A stretch of DNA of 64,000 bases from an uncultured Erysipelotrichaceae bacterium (lineage in GTDB: Bacteria > Bacillota_I > Bacilli_A > RF39 > UBA660), in assembly GCA_902775285.1 (NCBI GenBank), contig CACYLI010000001.1:143251-207250 (forward strand), written 5' to 3'. The notes under the pieces were generated by a model. That model had not been told where the DNA came from, did not search any database, and was given only the letters and a program-made list of their open reading frames with translations. Positions within the stretch are counted from its first letter, which is position 1; every line of letters starts with the position of its first letter. Positions 50,591-60,677 of this stretch are shown piece after piece. The translations under genes and the position numbers were made by a program.

Positions 50591-51334
50591 ATGAAGAAAA
50601 AAGTTTTATTAATTTGTATGACAATTATTTTTTTTGTATTATTTATTTATAGTCTAACTAATATTATTATTTGGTATTTTGATAATAAACACACAGAAAG
50701 TATAGTAAATGAATTAATTGAAGGAAGTATTGAAATTGAAAAAAAAGAAAATACTGAAACAAAAGAAGAAACTACTACTCAAACAATTAATTTTGATTAT
50801 TTAACAAATAAAAATAAAGATACAGTTGGATGGATAAAAGTAAATAATACAAATATTAACTACCCTTTTGTACAAGCAAAAGATAATAAATATTATTTAA
50901 AACATTCTTTTGATAAAAAATATACAGATGCTGGATGGGTATTTTTAGATTATAGAAATAACATAAATGAACTTGATAAAAATACTATTATTTATGCTCA
51001 TGCTAGAAAAGATAAATCAATGTTCGGAACACTTAAAAATACACTAAAAAAGAATTGGTATAATAACAAAAGTAATCATATAATAACATTAACTACTAAA
51101 ACTAAAGAATTAAAATTCCAAGTTTTTAGTACTTATCATGTAGAAACAGAAGATTATTATATTACAACTAAATTTAAAAATGATGAAGAATATATAAAAT
51201 TCTTAAATACAATTAAAAAAAGAAGCATTCATAATTATAATGTTTCTTTGAATAAAGATGATTATGTATTAACACTTTCTAGTTGTTTTAATGAAAAAGA
51301 AAAAGTTGTATTACATGCTAAATTAATAAATTAG
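50591..51334 (+). CDS. srtB: class B sortase
   Basis: 247 aa. TM anchor, VGWIKVNNTNINYPFVQAKDNKYYL, IYAHARKDKSMFGTL, catalytic LTLSSC. Confidence 0.85.
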   Translation: MKKKVLLICMTIIFFVLFIYSLTNIIIWYFDNKHTESIVNELIEGSIEIEKKENTETKEETTTQTINFDYLTNKNKDTVGWIKVNNTNINYPFVQAKDNKYYLKHSFDKKYTDAGWVFLDYRNNINELDKNTIIYAHARKDKSMFGTLKNTLKKNWYNNKSNHIITLTTKTKELKFQVFSTYHVETEDYYITTKFKNDEEYIKFLNTIKKRSIHNYNVSLNKDDYVLTLSSCFNEKEKVVLHAKLIN

Positions 51335-51849
51335 AGATTTTTTATAAAATCTCTAATTTTTCCCTCATAAACTTTTTTAAAACTATTATCAATTAAATCT
51401 TCTGGTTTAAATAAAACCACTTCTTTATCAAAAATATTAACATCCTCACTACTTAATACTTCTTAAACAAATTCAGAACAATAGTATTTATTTCTATTCA
51501 ATTTAATTTTAAATTCTGCAAGCAATAAACCAATAATATTATATCCTCTATTGGTTCTTTTTATTTCATTAATCTTTTTTCTAATTTTATCATATTGTTT
51601 ATCTGTAACATTCACTTCATATATAGCTATAAGAGACTTTTTATTTTTAAATAATCCTTCTCTAATCTTTTCTTTTTTAAAAACTCCATATAATGGAAAA
51701 TACTTATATTTTCTACCAAATGAATACATCTCATTACAATTTTTATCAAAAGATATAGATACATGAGAATATGTATCATGAGTAAATAATTTAATAGCTC
51801 TAGATATTCCAGAATATGTTTGAGTTAACACAACATATATTTTTTTCAT
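51331..51849 (-). pseudogene. permuted papain-like (YiiX/C92-type) amidase gene interrupted by one in-frame TAA
   Basis: Track ORF 51463-51849 ends ...KYYCSEFV right after the putative catalytic Cys. The same frame continues stop-free for 43 codons (EVLSSEDVNIFDKEVVLFKPEDLIDNSFKKVYEGKIRDFIKNL) to TAA at 51331-51333 inside the terminator. The His context DTYSHVSISF precedes the Cys (permuted order). Confidence 0.55.
51333..51362. terminator. bidirectional terminator between sortase and amidase-like gene
   Basis: AGAGATTTT-TTAT-AAAATCTCT followed by AATTTTT. Confidence 0.6.
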
Positions 51850-52487
51850 TTATTATTACCTACCAACTTCAAATAATCATTTCTAATACTCAAACTAATA
51901 TTAATTCTTTCCTTAGTAACTGGATGAACAAAAAATAATCTACTTGCTTCTAAAAACATTTTTTTATATCCATCTTTAATTCCATATTTTTTATCTCCTA
52001 CAATTGGAGTATTATTATCTTTCATATGTACTCTAATTTGATTTTTTCTACCAGTTTTAATAATAATTTTTAATAATGAAAAGTTTTCATTAGAATATAA
52101 CTTTTCATAATGAGTTTCAGCATACTTACCATTTTTATCATTAGTAGAATATGTATATAAAGTTTTTGTTTCTTTTAAATAAGATTTTATTACTCCACTA
52201 TCATTACATTTTCCATGTACCAAAGCATAATACTCTCTTATTACATTATCCCAATTTAATTGAATATTTTCTTTAACACTTTCGTTTTTAGCAAATAATA
52301 CTATCCCACTAGTATCAACATCTAATCTATGTACTACAAAAACTTTTTGATTCTTTTTATGTAAATAATCATATACATCACTATATAAATTATGATAATG
52401 TTTATTATCTCTAATACATGCAATTCCACTATCCTTATATACGGCTATTAAATATTTATCTTCATATAATATCTTCAACTTCTTCAT
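51846..52487 (-). CDS. RluA-family pseudouridine synthase
   Basis: 213 aa. VHRLDVDTSGIVLFAKN catalytic Asp motif, GRKNQIRVH. Confidence 0.88.
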   Translation of the reverse strand: MKKLKILYEDKYLIAVYKDSGIACIRDNKHYHNLYSDVYDYLHKKNQKVFVVHRLDVDTSGIVLFAKNESVKENIQLNWDNVIREYYALVHGKCNDSGVIKSYLKETKTLYTYSTNDKNGKYAETHYEKLYSNENFSLLKIIIKTGRKNQIRVHMKDNNTPIVGDKKYGIKDGYKKMFLEASRLFFVHPVTKERINISLSIRNDYLKLVGNNK

Positions 52488-52512
52488 AAATAAAATTGTA
52501 TCATATTAAGAA

Positions 52513-53628
52513 TTATTTTAATAGTAATTTTTTTGTTTCATTAAATAGACTTGATTCCAAATATCCCCTTAATCTATAATCATCATTTATACTTTCATCA
52601 TATTCATAAAAATCAAAATTGCTATTTATATTTCTATTATATATTAGTTCATTTTTATTCTCTTTTAAAAATTCTAGTATTTTTGCTCTATTTGACTTTG
52701 ATAAATCATTAATTTTTATGACCTTTGCATTTGGTAAAATACGACTATAATCTATTTTATATCTTTGTTTTTTTATATTTTCATTTTCTACTATAACTTT
52801 ATATAAACTACTCATATCAATAACTAAATCATATTTATCATTGTCCATTTGTATTATATTTTCTAGCTCTTCAATAGTTTCATAAGAAAATACCTCCATT
52901 GTTTTATCTTCTTTATACTCTTTTAAATCATTTTCTCTTCCAATTAAAGTAATATGTACATTATATAATTCTCTAAACTTGTTAATAAATGATTTATAAA
53001 ATATGTTATTATCACTACTAAAATATACATAGTCATCTATTTTAAGCTTATTACTACCAATTATAAATAAAACAAATTTTTTATTCTTATTTCTAACAAT
53101 ATCACAATAATCTAACTTTAGTTTTTTTAATTCTTTTATTATATCTATATCATCTTCACTACTTATATCACATATAGCTAATAATATATTTAATATTTTA
53201 TAATCTGTGTATCTTGTAACATATTCTCCTTCATAATAATCTATAATCTCTTTTCCAGTAAATATAGCAACATCATTTTTTTCATGCTTATAATCTTTAT
53301 AAAATAAATTATATCCACACAATACACAAGTTTCATATTTTCTATTAAACCTAAAATCATAATCATTAATTCTAACAGGATGACTACATTTATAAGATTT
53401 AAAAAAATTTTCACTATCAAAATCTGTCTTTAAAAAATCTTTAACCTCTTTTTTTAAAATCTCAAACTCACTTTCCAATTCTATAACTTTAGGAAACCAA
53501 TCATTCTCATCAATTTTTATTTCTTTAAAGTTTTCATATTTTCTCGTTAAATCTTTTAATCTACTACCAGAAGCTCTCATTCTAAACAACTTATATTCCA
53601 CTATTTTTTTTAATTCTTCTCTTTTCAT
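52513..53628 (-). CDS. hypothetical protein, coiled coil + CxH-N18-CxxC element + ~230-aa C-terminal domain
   Basis: 371 aa. KCSHPVRINDYDFRFNRKYETCVLCG. ATGA overlap with the upstream paralog. Confidence 0.55.
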   Translation of the reverse strand: MKREELKKIVEYKLFRMRASGSRLKDLTRKYENFKEIKIDENDWFPKVIELESEFEILKKEVKDFLKTDFDSENFFKSYKCSHPVRINDYDFRFNRKYETCVLCGYNLFYKDYKHEKNDVAIFTGKEIIDYYEGEYVTRYTDYKILNILLAICDISSEDDIDIIKELKKLKLDYCDIVRNKNKKFVLFIIGSNKLKIDDYVYFSSDNNIFYKSFINKFRELYNVHITLIGRENDLKEYKEDKTMEVFSYETIEELENIIQMDNDKYDLVIDMSSLYKVIVENENIKKQRYKIDYSRILPNAKVIKINDLSKSNRAKILEFLKENKNELIYNRNINSNFDFYEYDESINDDYRLRGYLESSLFNETKKLLLK

Positions 53629-54095
53629 TTTGTTAACCTCTTTATTTCTATAGAACTATTTTTTTGCTTACTACTAAAAAAATTAAGTAATTCTTCACAA
53701 ACATCATCATTTGATGAACCAATTATTATATCATTAATTTTTTCTTCATCTTCTTCATAATCATAATAATAACGAATAATATATTTTGACAAGTGTTGTT
53801 TATTAAATTTTCTTTTACAAATTGGACATTCATATTCTAAAAATCCATTAATTAATATTTCATGTTCACAATTAATCGTTTCAGATATTTTTTGGATTCT
53901 TTCTTCTTCATAATCTCTTTTTTCAATCATTTCATTCATATATTTTTCAATTTTATCTATTTCTTTAATACTATCCTCATATATAAATGAACTAGAATAT
54001 GTTCTAAGAAAATGATTGATCATTCTTACTTTTGTATTTAATTCTATTATTTCTTTTTTTATTTCCATTATTTCATCAATTTCTTTCTTATTCAT
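53625..54095 (-). CDS. hypothetical protein, coiled coil + CxH-N14-CxxC element
   Basis: 156 aa. NCEHEILINGFLEYECPICKRKF. RBS GAGGTG. Divergent from a LysR gene. Confidence 0.55.
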   Translation of the reverse strand: MNKKEIDEIMEIKKEIIELNTKVRMINHFLRTYSSSFIYEDSIKEIDKIEKYMNEMIEKRDYEEERIQKISETINCEHEILINGFLEYECPICKRKFNKQHLSKYIIRYYYDYEEDEEKINDIIIGSSNDDVCEELLNFFSSKQKNSSIEIKRLTK

Positions 54096-54181
54096 ATTTT
54101 CACCTCTTCACTTGTATTATAGAAATAAAAAATATATAATAAAAATATATATTACTTATATTTGATATAAGTGGAGGTTAT

Positions 54182-55066
54182 ATGAATATTAATTTTGAAT
54201 TATATAAAGTTTTTTATGAAGTAGCAAAAGAAAAGTCAATATCTAAAGGTGCAGAAAAGTTAATGATAAGTCAACCTGCTGTTAGTCAATCAATTCAAAC
54301 ATTGGAATACCAACTAGGTGGAAAACTATTTATAAGAACACCTAAAGGAGTTATATTAACAAATGAAGGTGAAGAATTGTTTACCTACATAAAAGATGGC
54401 ATAGAATACTTTATTAACGGTTCTAATAAATTTTCATCATTAAAAAACTTAGAATCAGGCTCTATTAATATTGGTGCTACAACAATAATTTCTGAGAACT
54501 ATCTATTAGAATATTTAAAGGAATTCCATAATAAATACCCAAATGTTCAAATAAATATACAAAATGACTTAACAGATAACTTAATTAAAGATTTAAGAAA
54601 TGGAAATTTAGATATAGTAATATTTTCATATATAGATAATAATTACAAAGATTTAAAAATATATGAAATAGCAGAATTAAATGATATATTTGTTTGTGGA
54701 AAAAACTATCACATAAAAAGTAATAAAATATTAGATATTCTAAAAGAAGATATTATTATACAAAAATATCCATCTCAAACAAGAAAAAATTTTAATAACT
54801 TTTTAAATTTAAATAATTTAGAATTTACACCTAAAATGGAAGTAGTTAGTCATAATCTGCTTTCAAAACTTGTAGAAAACAATTTTGGTATTGGTATTAT
54901 TACTAAAGAATTTGTAAAAGATAAATTAAACAAATCATTATTTGAAATAAATATAGATAAAAAAATACCAAAAAGAAAACTTGGTATAGCCATTAAAAAT
55001 GAAATATATCCAAGTTTTACTACCAAAAAGTTTATTGAAATATTAATGAATAAAATGTCCAATTAA
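54182..55066 (+). CDS. LysR-family transcriptional regulator (paralog of 20014-20910)
   Basis: 294 aa. ISKGAEKLMISQPAVSQSIQTLEYQLGGKLFIR. The N-terminal 85 aa are clearly alignable with the other LysR. Confidence 0.9.
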   Translation: MNINFELYKVFYEVAKEKSISKGAEKLMISQPAVSQSIQTLEYQLGGKLFIRTPKGVILTNEGEELFTYIKDGIEYFINGSNKFSSLKNLESGSINIGATTIISENYLLEYLKEFHNKYPNVQINIQNDLTDNLIKDLRNGNLDIVIFSYIDNNYKDLKIYEIAELNDIFVCGKNYHIKSNKILDILKEDIIIQKYPSQTRKNFNNFLNLNNLEFTPKMEVVSHNLLSKLVENNFGIGIITKEFVKDKLNKSLFEINIDKKIPKRKLGIAIKNEIYPSFTTKKFIEILMNKMSN

Positions 55067-55753
55067 TATTACTATAATTCCAATTATTAATCCAATCTTT
55101 AGTTCATAAGATTTAAAATGTTCTTTAACTTCACATAATAATTCAAACATTGATATATATATTAACATACCAAATGTAATAGATAGTAGTATTCCTTCTA
55201 TAGAACTTATATCAATATTAAATATATTTATTAAAGAAATACCAAATATAGATGAAATAGCTAATATAGCTAATAAAATGATTTTTTCTTTATTATTCTT
55301 AACTAAAGATGATATTTGTATACCAAAAGGAATATTGTGTAAGCTTACAGCAAGTGCCATAAAAGCACCTGTTGATAAGCTGTTAGAACACATATTATAT
55401 ATAGCTACTCCTTCTATAGTATTATGAATAAATAAAGCAAGTGTAGAAATAATACCAATATGTTCCATATGATCTTTCTTTTTTGAATGATGATCATGAT
55501 CAGGAATAAATATATCAAGAAGTTTTAATATTACTAAACCACCAATCATACTAACAACCATTATTAATTTATTATCCATTTCTAAACATTCTTCTAAAAT
55601 ATCAAAAAAAGATAATCCAAGAATGATAGAAAAAGCAAATCCAACTACAAATACAAGTAATTTTTTATCATTTTTAATTACTTTTGTAATTAAAAATCCA
55701 ACAAAAAATGATAAACCAGATAATAAAGTTATTGCTAATGATATTTTATTCAT
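55043..55753 (-). CDS. ZIP-family metal (zinc) transporter
   Basis: 236 aa. His-rich loop DHDHHSKKKDHMEH, HNTIEGVAI and HNIPFG motifs. Confidence 0.85.
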   Translation of the reverse strand: MNKISLAITLLSGLSFFVGFLITKVIKNDKKLLVFVVGFAFSIILGLSFFDILEECLEMDNKLIMVVSMIGGLVILKLLDIFIPDHDHHSKKKDHMEHIGIISTLALFIHNTIEGVAIYNMCSNSLSTGAFMALAVSLHNIPFGIQISSLVKNNKEKIILLAILAISSIFGISLINIFNIDISSIEGILLSITFGMLIYISMFELLCEVKEHFKSYELKIGLIIGIIVILIGHFIH

Positions 55754-55825
55754 TATTTCACCCCAAAAACTAAAAATGATTATATCACATTTTACTTCTT
55801 TGTCAAAATAAACTATAATAGAAAT

Positions 55826-56542
55826 ATGAAAAAGATAGAAAAATTACAAAAAATGATTGATGAATCAAATAATATAGTGTTCTTTGGAGGAGCTGGAGTA
55901 TCTACTGCTTCTGGTATTAAAGACTTTAGAAGTAAAGATGGACTTTATAATATGAAATATAAATGGCCTCCTGAAATGATTTTAAGTAGCGCTTTCTTTT
56001 ATGATAATACAGAAGAATTTTATAAATTCTATAAAGATAAATTGAATTGTTTAGATAAAGAACCAAATATTGTACATAAATATCTTTATGAATTAGAAAA
56101 AAAAGGAAAACTAAAAGCAATTGTTACACAAAATATTGATGGTCTTCATCAGAAAGCAGGAAACAAAAATATATATGAATTACATGGTACTATATATAAA
56201 AACCATTGTATTAGATGTAATAAAGAATACTCTGCTGAATATGTTTTTAATTCTAAAGAAACACCAAAATGTGAATGTGGAGGATTAATTAAACCTGATG
56301 TAGTTTTATATGGTGAAATGCTTCCAGAATACGACTACAATAATGGACTATACGCTATTAGCAAAGCAGATCTTCTAATAGTAGCTGGTACTTCTCTTAC
56401 AGTATATCCTGCTAGTGGAATGATAAATTACTTTAAAGGTAAAAACTTAGTAATAATTAATAGAGATACAACAGAATACGATAAAAAAGCTAATTTAGTT
56501 ATAAATGATGATTTAAAAAAAGTTTTCTCGAATTTAAAATAG
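55826..56542 (+). CDS. cobB: NAD-dependent protein deacylase (sirtuin, CobB-like)
   Basis: 238 aa. GAGVSTASGIKDFRS, QNIDGLH, HG, Zn site CIRC...CECGG, VAGTSL. Confidence 0.88.
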   Translation: MKKIEKLQKMIDESNNIVFFGGAGVSTASGIKDFRSKDGLYNMKYKWPPEMILSSAFFYDNTEEFYKFYKDKLNCLDKEPNIVHKYLYELEKKGKLKAIVTQNIDGLHQKAGNKNIYELHGTIYKNHCIRCNKEYSAEYVFNSKETPKCECGGLIKPDVVLYGEMLPEYDYNNGLYAISKADLLIVAGTSLTVYPASGMINYFKGKNLVIINRDTTEYDKKANLVINDDLKKVFSNLK

Positions 56543-56551
56543 AAAACTTTT

Positions 56552-57070
56552 TTATTTTATTAATTTACCAATAATACCATAAGAAACAATCATCATAATT
56601 ATACTAGCAAGTATTATTCCAATAAATGTACTTATAAATGACTTCTTTCTATCCATTTTTAAAAGCGAAGCAATCAAACAGCCAGTCCAAGCTCCAGTAC
56701 CAGGAAGAGGAATTCCTACAAAAAATACTAATCCAATATATCCATACTTTTCAATTTGACCTTTATGTTTATCAGCTTTTTTTCGAATCCATAAAGCAAG
56801 TTTCTTAAGCCATTTTATTTTACATTTTTCCATCCAATCAAGTATTTTAGAAATAAACAATAATATAAAAGGAACAGGTATAATATTACCTATAATTGAA
56901 ATAATATACGCTTTAATTGGTTCAAGTTTTAATAAAGATGCAGCAAGTAATCCACCTCTTAATTCAAGTACTGGCATAATTGAAATAATAAACACAATTA
57001 CTTCCTTACCATATTTCATTGAAGTGAGACTACTAAAAACATTTATAATTGAATTTATAATACTTTCCAT
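56552..57070 (-). CDS. small membrane protein, COG2426 (putative small multidrug export) family
   Basis: 172 aa, 4 TM helices. PVLELRGGL motif near the N-terminus. Confidence 0.6.
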   Translation of the reverse strand: MESIINSIINVFSSLTSMKYGKEVIVFIISIMPVLELRGGLLAASLLKLEPIKAYIISIIGNIIPVPFILLFISKILDWMEKCKIKWLKKLALWIRKKADKHKGQIEKYGYIGLVFFVGIPLPGTGAWTGCLIASLLKMDRKKSFISTFIGIILASIIMMIVSYGIIGKLIK

Positions 57071-57139
57071 AATTTTCTCCTTTACTCATTTTATCATAAT
57101 TATTAATAATATGCTATAATATTAAAAGAGATGATTTAA

Positions 57140-57853
57140 ATGCAAAACAAAATAGGTATATTTGACTCAGGTATTGGTGGAATCACAACATATAAAGAGA
57201 TTAAAACACTTTTACCAAATGAAAGCTTTATTTACTATGCTGATACAAAAAACAATCCATATGGTAGTAAATCAAAAGAAGAATTACAACAAATAACAAA
57301 AAAAATAGTACAATATTTTATAAAAAGAAATGTAAAAATAATAATAATTGCTTGTAATACAGCAACAACTAATTGTATAGATTATTTAAGACATGAATTT
57401 AAAGATATTACTTTTATTGGAACAGAACCAGCTATCAAAGTTGCATGTGATAATAATTACAAAAATATTTTAATACTTGCAACACCTACAACTATTAACT
57501 CAGAAAGAACACATGAATTAATAGAAAGAAATAAAAAAGAATATGAAAATTGTTATCTTGTTGCATGTGATGGACTTGCTCATGCAATAGAAATAAATGA
57601 TCAAAATAAAATAGACGAATTATTAAACAAATATTTAACACCATATAAAAGCAAAAATATTGATGCAATTGTCTTAGGATGCACACATTATCCATTAATT
57701 AGGTATAAAATTCAATCATTTTTTAAAAATGCAACACTTATAGATGGAAATAAGGGTGTAGCAAATATGGTTAAAAAACAATTAATTGTTAATAACTTGT
57801 TAAACAAAAACAATAAAATAACAATAGAATTTATTCAAACAAAAAAGAGTTAA
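57140..57853 (+). CDS. murI: glutamate racemase
   Basis: 237 aa. IGIFDSGIGG, IIACNTA, LGCTHYP. Confidence 0.93.
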   Translation: MQNKIGIFDSGIGGITTYKEIKTLLPNESFIYYADTKNNPYGSKSKEELQQITKKIVQYFIKRNVKIIIIACNTATTNCIDYLRHEFKDITFIGTEPAIKVACDNNYKNILILATPTTINSERTHELIERNKKEYENCYLVACDGLAHAIEINDQNKIDELLNKYLTPYKSKNIDAIVLGCTHYPLIRYKIQSFFKNATLIDGNKGVANMVKKQLIVNNLLNKNNKITIEFIQTKKS

Positions 57854-57862
57854 AAACTCTTT

Positions 57863-59056
57863 TTAATTTTTAAGTCCTTTTAAACCCTTTGTTCCTTTAG
57901 AACCATTAAATCCTGATAAAATATTACTTTCAAAACTTCTAGTTTTCTTACTCTTATTTTTATATTCACGAATAGCTATACTTATCATTTCATCTAATAA
58001 ATCCTTATATTTTAACTTATCTTCTTTCCATAAATAAAATGATAAACTACCTGGAATTGTATTTGGTTCATTAACATAATACTTTTGTGTTTTAGAATCA
58101 ATTAAATAATCTATTCTAACTACTCCACTAAAGTTTAATAATTTAAATACTTCTTTAGATGTATTTTGAATATCCTCTGTTAACTTTTTAGAAATTCTAG
58201 CTGGAATAATTCTACTAGCAGAAGCCATTCCTTTACTACCACCACTTTTAGTTTTAGACCCAGATAAATATTTATCAGAATAACTTAATATTTCATCAAG
58301 TCCCATTACTTCTTCTAAAGGACTAACTCTTTGACTTTCATAATTACCTAAAACACTTGAGTTTACCTCAACTAGATTTTCAATAGCTTTTTCAACAACT
58401 ATTTTTACATCATAACTAATTGCAGTATCAATTGCTTCTTCTATATCTTTATTTGATTTAACATAAGTAATTCCAACACTACTTCCAAGTGTAGCAGGTT
58501 TTACAACAACTGGATAACCCAGTTTTTTTATTCTATCAAGTATTTCATCTTTATCAGTAGCATATTCACTATCATAAAACCAAACATAATCTACAATTGG
58601 AATACCTGCACTTTTCATTACTTGTTTCATTACAACTTTATCTTGACCTAAAGCAGAACCTAAAACATGAGAACCTACATATGGAATACCAATAGTATCT
58701 AAATAACCAGCTAGTGTTCCATCTTCAACATTATTACCATGAACAACAGGTAAAATAATATCTATATCTGTTATATCTTTTCTAAATAATCCTGTAGTAT
58801 TTTGTAAATAAAACTTATTTCCTTTTTTATATAAAACAACTTTTTTAGCAAATTTCTTATTATTATCAAAATCTTTATAAAAATCTATTTCCATTATCAT
58901 AGGACCTGTATACCAAGTTCTATCTTTAGAAATATATAATGGTATAACTTCATACTTATCTTTATCTAAATTATTAATTGCCTGTAAAGCAGAAATAATA
59001 CTTACCTCATGCTCAACAGTTTCTCCTCCGAAAACAACTCCTAATTTTATTTTCAT
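57863..59056 (-). CDS. ddl: D-alanine--D-alanine ligase (long form with G/K-rich tail)
   Basis: 397 aa. VVFGGETVEHEVSI, ATP-grasp core GYPVVVKPATLGSSVGI, EPNTIPG. Confidence 0.9.
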   Translation of the reverse strand: MKIKLGVVFGGETVEHEVSIISALQAINNLDKDKYEVIPLYISKDRTWYTGPMIMEIDFYKDFDNNKKFAKKVVLYKKGNKFYLQNTTGLFRKDITDIDIILPVVHGNNVEDGTLAGYLDTIGIPYVGSHVLGSALGQDKVVMKQVMKSAGIPIVDYVWFYDSEYATDKDEILDRIKKLGYPVVVKPATLGSSVGITYVKSNKDIEEAIDTAISYDVKIVVEKAIENLVEVNSSVLGNYESQRVSPLEEVMGLDEILSYSDKYLSGSKTKSGGSKGMASASRIIPARISKKLTEDIQNTSKEVFKLLNFSGVVRIDYLIDSKTQKYYVNEPNTIPGSLSFYLWKEDKLKYKDLLDEMISIAIREYKNKSKKTRSFESNILSGFNGSKGTKGLKGLKN

Positions 59057-59069
59057 ATTTTAATTCCTC

Positions 59070-60677
59070 CTACTCATTAAATATATCTGGCAAATCATTT
59101 TCAATTAACACATACGTTTTTTTATCACTTAGTTTTCTCATTAAAACAAATGATTCTTTAACATCATTTAATACATGAATATTCTTACTTGGATATTTTT
59201 TTTCAATTAATCCATCCATTATTGGTTTAGTTTGTTCTTCTCCAATTAGTATTACTTCATCACAAATTGTAGCTATTTGTTTACCAAACTCTTTATTATA
59301 TTCATATTGCTTATCTCCAAGTTCTATCATACCTGGTGTAACTATTATTTTTTTACCTTCCATTAAACCTAAAACATCAACTGCCATTTTAGATCCAACA
59401 GGATTTGAATTATAAGCATCATCTATAATTGTAATATTATCAGTAAACTTTTTCAACTCAAGTCTATGTTCAATAGGTTGTATCTTTCTTACACCTCTTT
59501 TAATCTCTTCTAAATTTAATCCAAGATAATAAGCAAGAGCGCAAGACTGTAAAATATTATAAACATTAGGTCTTCCTAATAATTTAGTTTCAACAACAAT
59601 ACTTTCATTTTTTTCTTTAAATGTAATCTTAAAAGAAGTACCTTTATTTGATAGTTTTATATCACTAGCATAAACGTCTGCTTTTTTATTATCAATTGAA
59701 ACCCAAACTTTTTTACATTCACTTTTAATTTTATAACTTACTTGATATTCATCATCCATATTAAGTATAGCTATACCATTTTTAGGAAGTGAATCAATAA
59801 GTTCAAATTTCGCTTTTTGAATATTTTCACGGCTTCCAAAACTTTCTAAATGAGCACTACCTATAGTAGTAAGAATACCAAATTCAGGTTTAATAAAATT
59901 ACATTTTTCTTTTATTTCCCCTCTTCTAAAAGCACCCATCTCAGAAATAAAAATATCTGTAAATTTATCAAGTTTATTATTAATAGTAATCATAAGTCCA
60001 TTCATAGTATTAAAACTTTTTTCAGTTGCTAAACTATTATATTTAACATTTAAAATATCATTTAAAGCATTCTTAGTACTAGTTTTTCCATAACTACCAG
60101 TAATAGCTATCTTCTTTAAATTTTTCATATCATTTAATTTATTCTTAGCAAGTCTTTTATAATGATCAAATACAGCTTTTTCAATTGGTTTATTTATTAC
60201 ATTTGAACATAATACCACAAAACAATCAATAAATATCATAAATCCAATTAAGAAATAATACTTATCTATTAATGACTCATCAAAACAAATAATCATTGGT
60301 ATTATTAATATTAAATAAATTATTATCATTGTTACATATAATCTTTTAATTCTTGGAGTAATTACTAATGGCTTTTTAGATTGTTCATGACTTATTTTAT
60401 TTTTATATGTAACATAAGATATTAAATATAAACAAGTAAAAAATACTAAAGATAAATAAGTATTATGAACAAAATATAGTGGTATAAATAATACAAATAA
60501 AATATCAAAATTCAAAAAAACTTTTTTTAAATTATTAATAACCCAATTAATATATCTATTACCATCATTATACCAATTTTGTTGTAACATATGCATTGAT
60601 TTTTTACTTTTATAAATAACATAATACATACTAACAATAATAGACAATATAAAATAAACTTTAATTGGAATATCCAT
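59070..60677 (-). CDS. murF: UDP-MurNAc-tripeptide--D-Ala-D-Ala ligase (MurF) with N-terminal multi-TM domain
   Basis: 535 aa. Residues ~1-165 form 4-5 hydrophobic helices. Then ITGSYGKTSTKN P-loop, SEMGAFRRGEI, DDAYNSNP. ddl-murF order conserved. Confidence 0.8.
   Translation of the reverse strand: MDIPIKVYFILSIIVSMYYVIYKSKKSMHMLQQNWYNDGNRYINWVINNLKKVFLNFDILFVLFIPLYFVHNTYLSLVFFTCLYLISYVTYKNKISHEQSKKPLVITPRIKRLYVTMIIIYLILIIPMIICFDESLIDKYYFLIGFMIFIDCFVVLCSNVINKPIEKAVFDHYKRLAKNKLNDMKNLKKIAITGSYGKTSTKNALNDILNVKYNSLATEKSFNTMNGLMITINNKLDKFTDIFISEMGAFRRGEIKEKCNFIKPEFGILTTIGSAHLESFGSRENIQKAKFELIDSLPKNGIAILNMDDEYQVSYKIKSECKKVWVSIDNKKADVYASDIKLSNKGTSFKITFKEKNESIVVETKLLGRPNVYNILQSCALAYYLGLNLEEIKRGVRKIQPIEHRLELKKFTDNITIIDDAYNSNPVGSKMAVDVLGLMEGKKIIVTPGMIELGDKQYEYNKEFGKQIATICDEVILIGEEQTKPIMDGLIEKKYPSKNIHVLNDVKESFVLMRKLSDKKTYVLIENDLPDIFNE

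Noticed and set aside
51463-51465. Alternative genetic code (stop-codon reassignment) as the explanation for the in-frame TAA
   Set aside because: TAA terminates most well-supported genes here at positions matching family lengths, and TGA and TAG are also used as stops. This is a local nonsense mutation, sequencing error or read-through, not a code change.
20014-55066. The two LysR genes (20014-20910 and 54182-55066) considered as a dispersed repeat or mobile duplication
   Set aside because: Similarity is at the protein-family/paralog level only, and the DNA is clearly diverged. Each is paired with a different divergent target gene. They are ordinary paralogous regulators.
55826-56542. Sir2-domain gene considered as a defence-type (Thoeris/DSR-like) NADase
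   Set aside because: It has the ordinary 238-aa CobB/sirtuin architecture with an intact Zn-ribbon and NAD motifs. It has no extra sensor or TM domains and no partner genes, and its neighbours are housekeeping genes.
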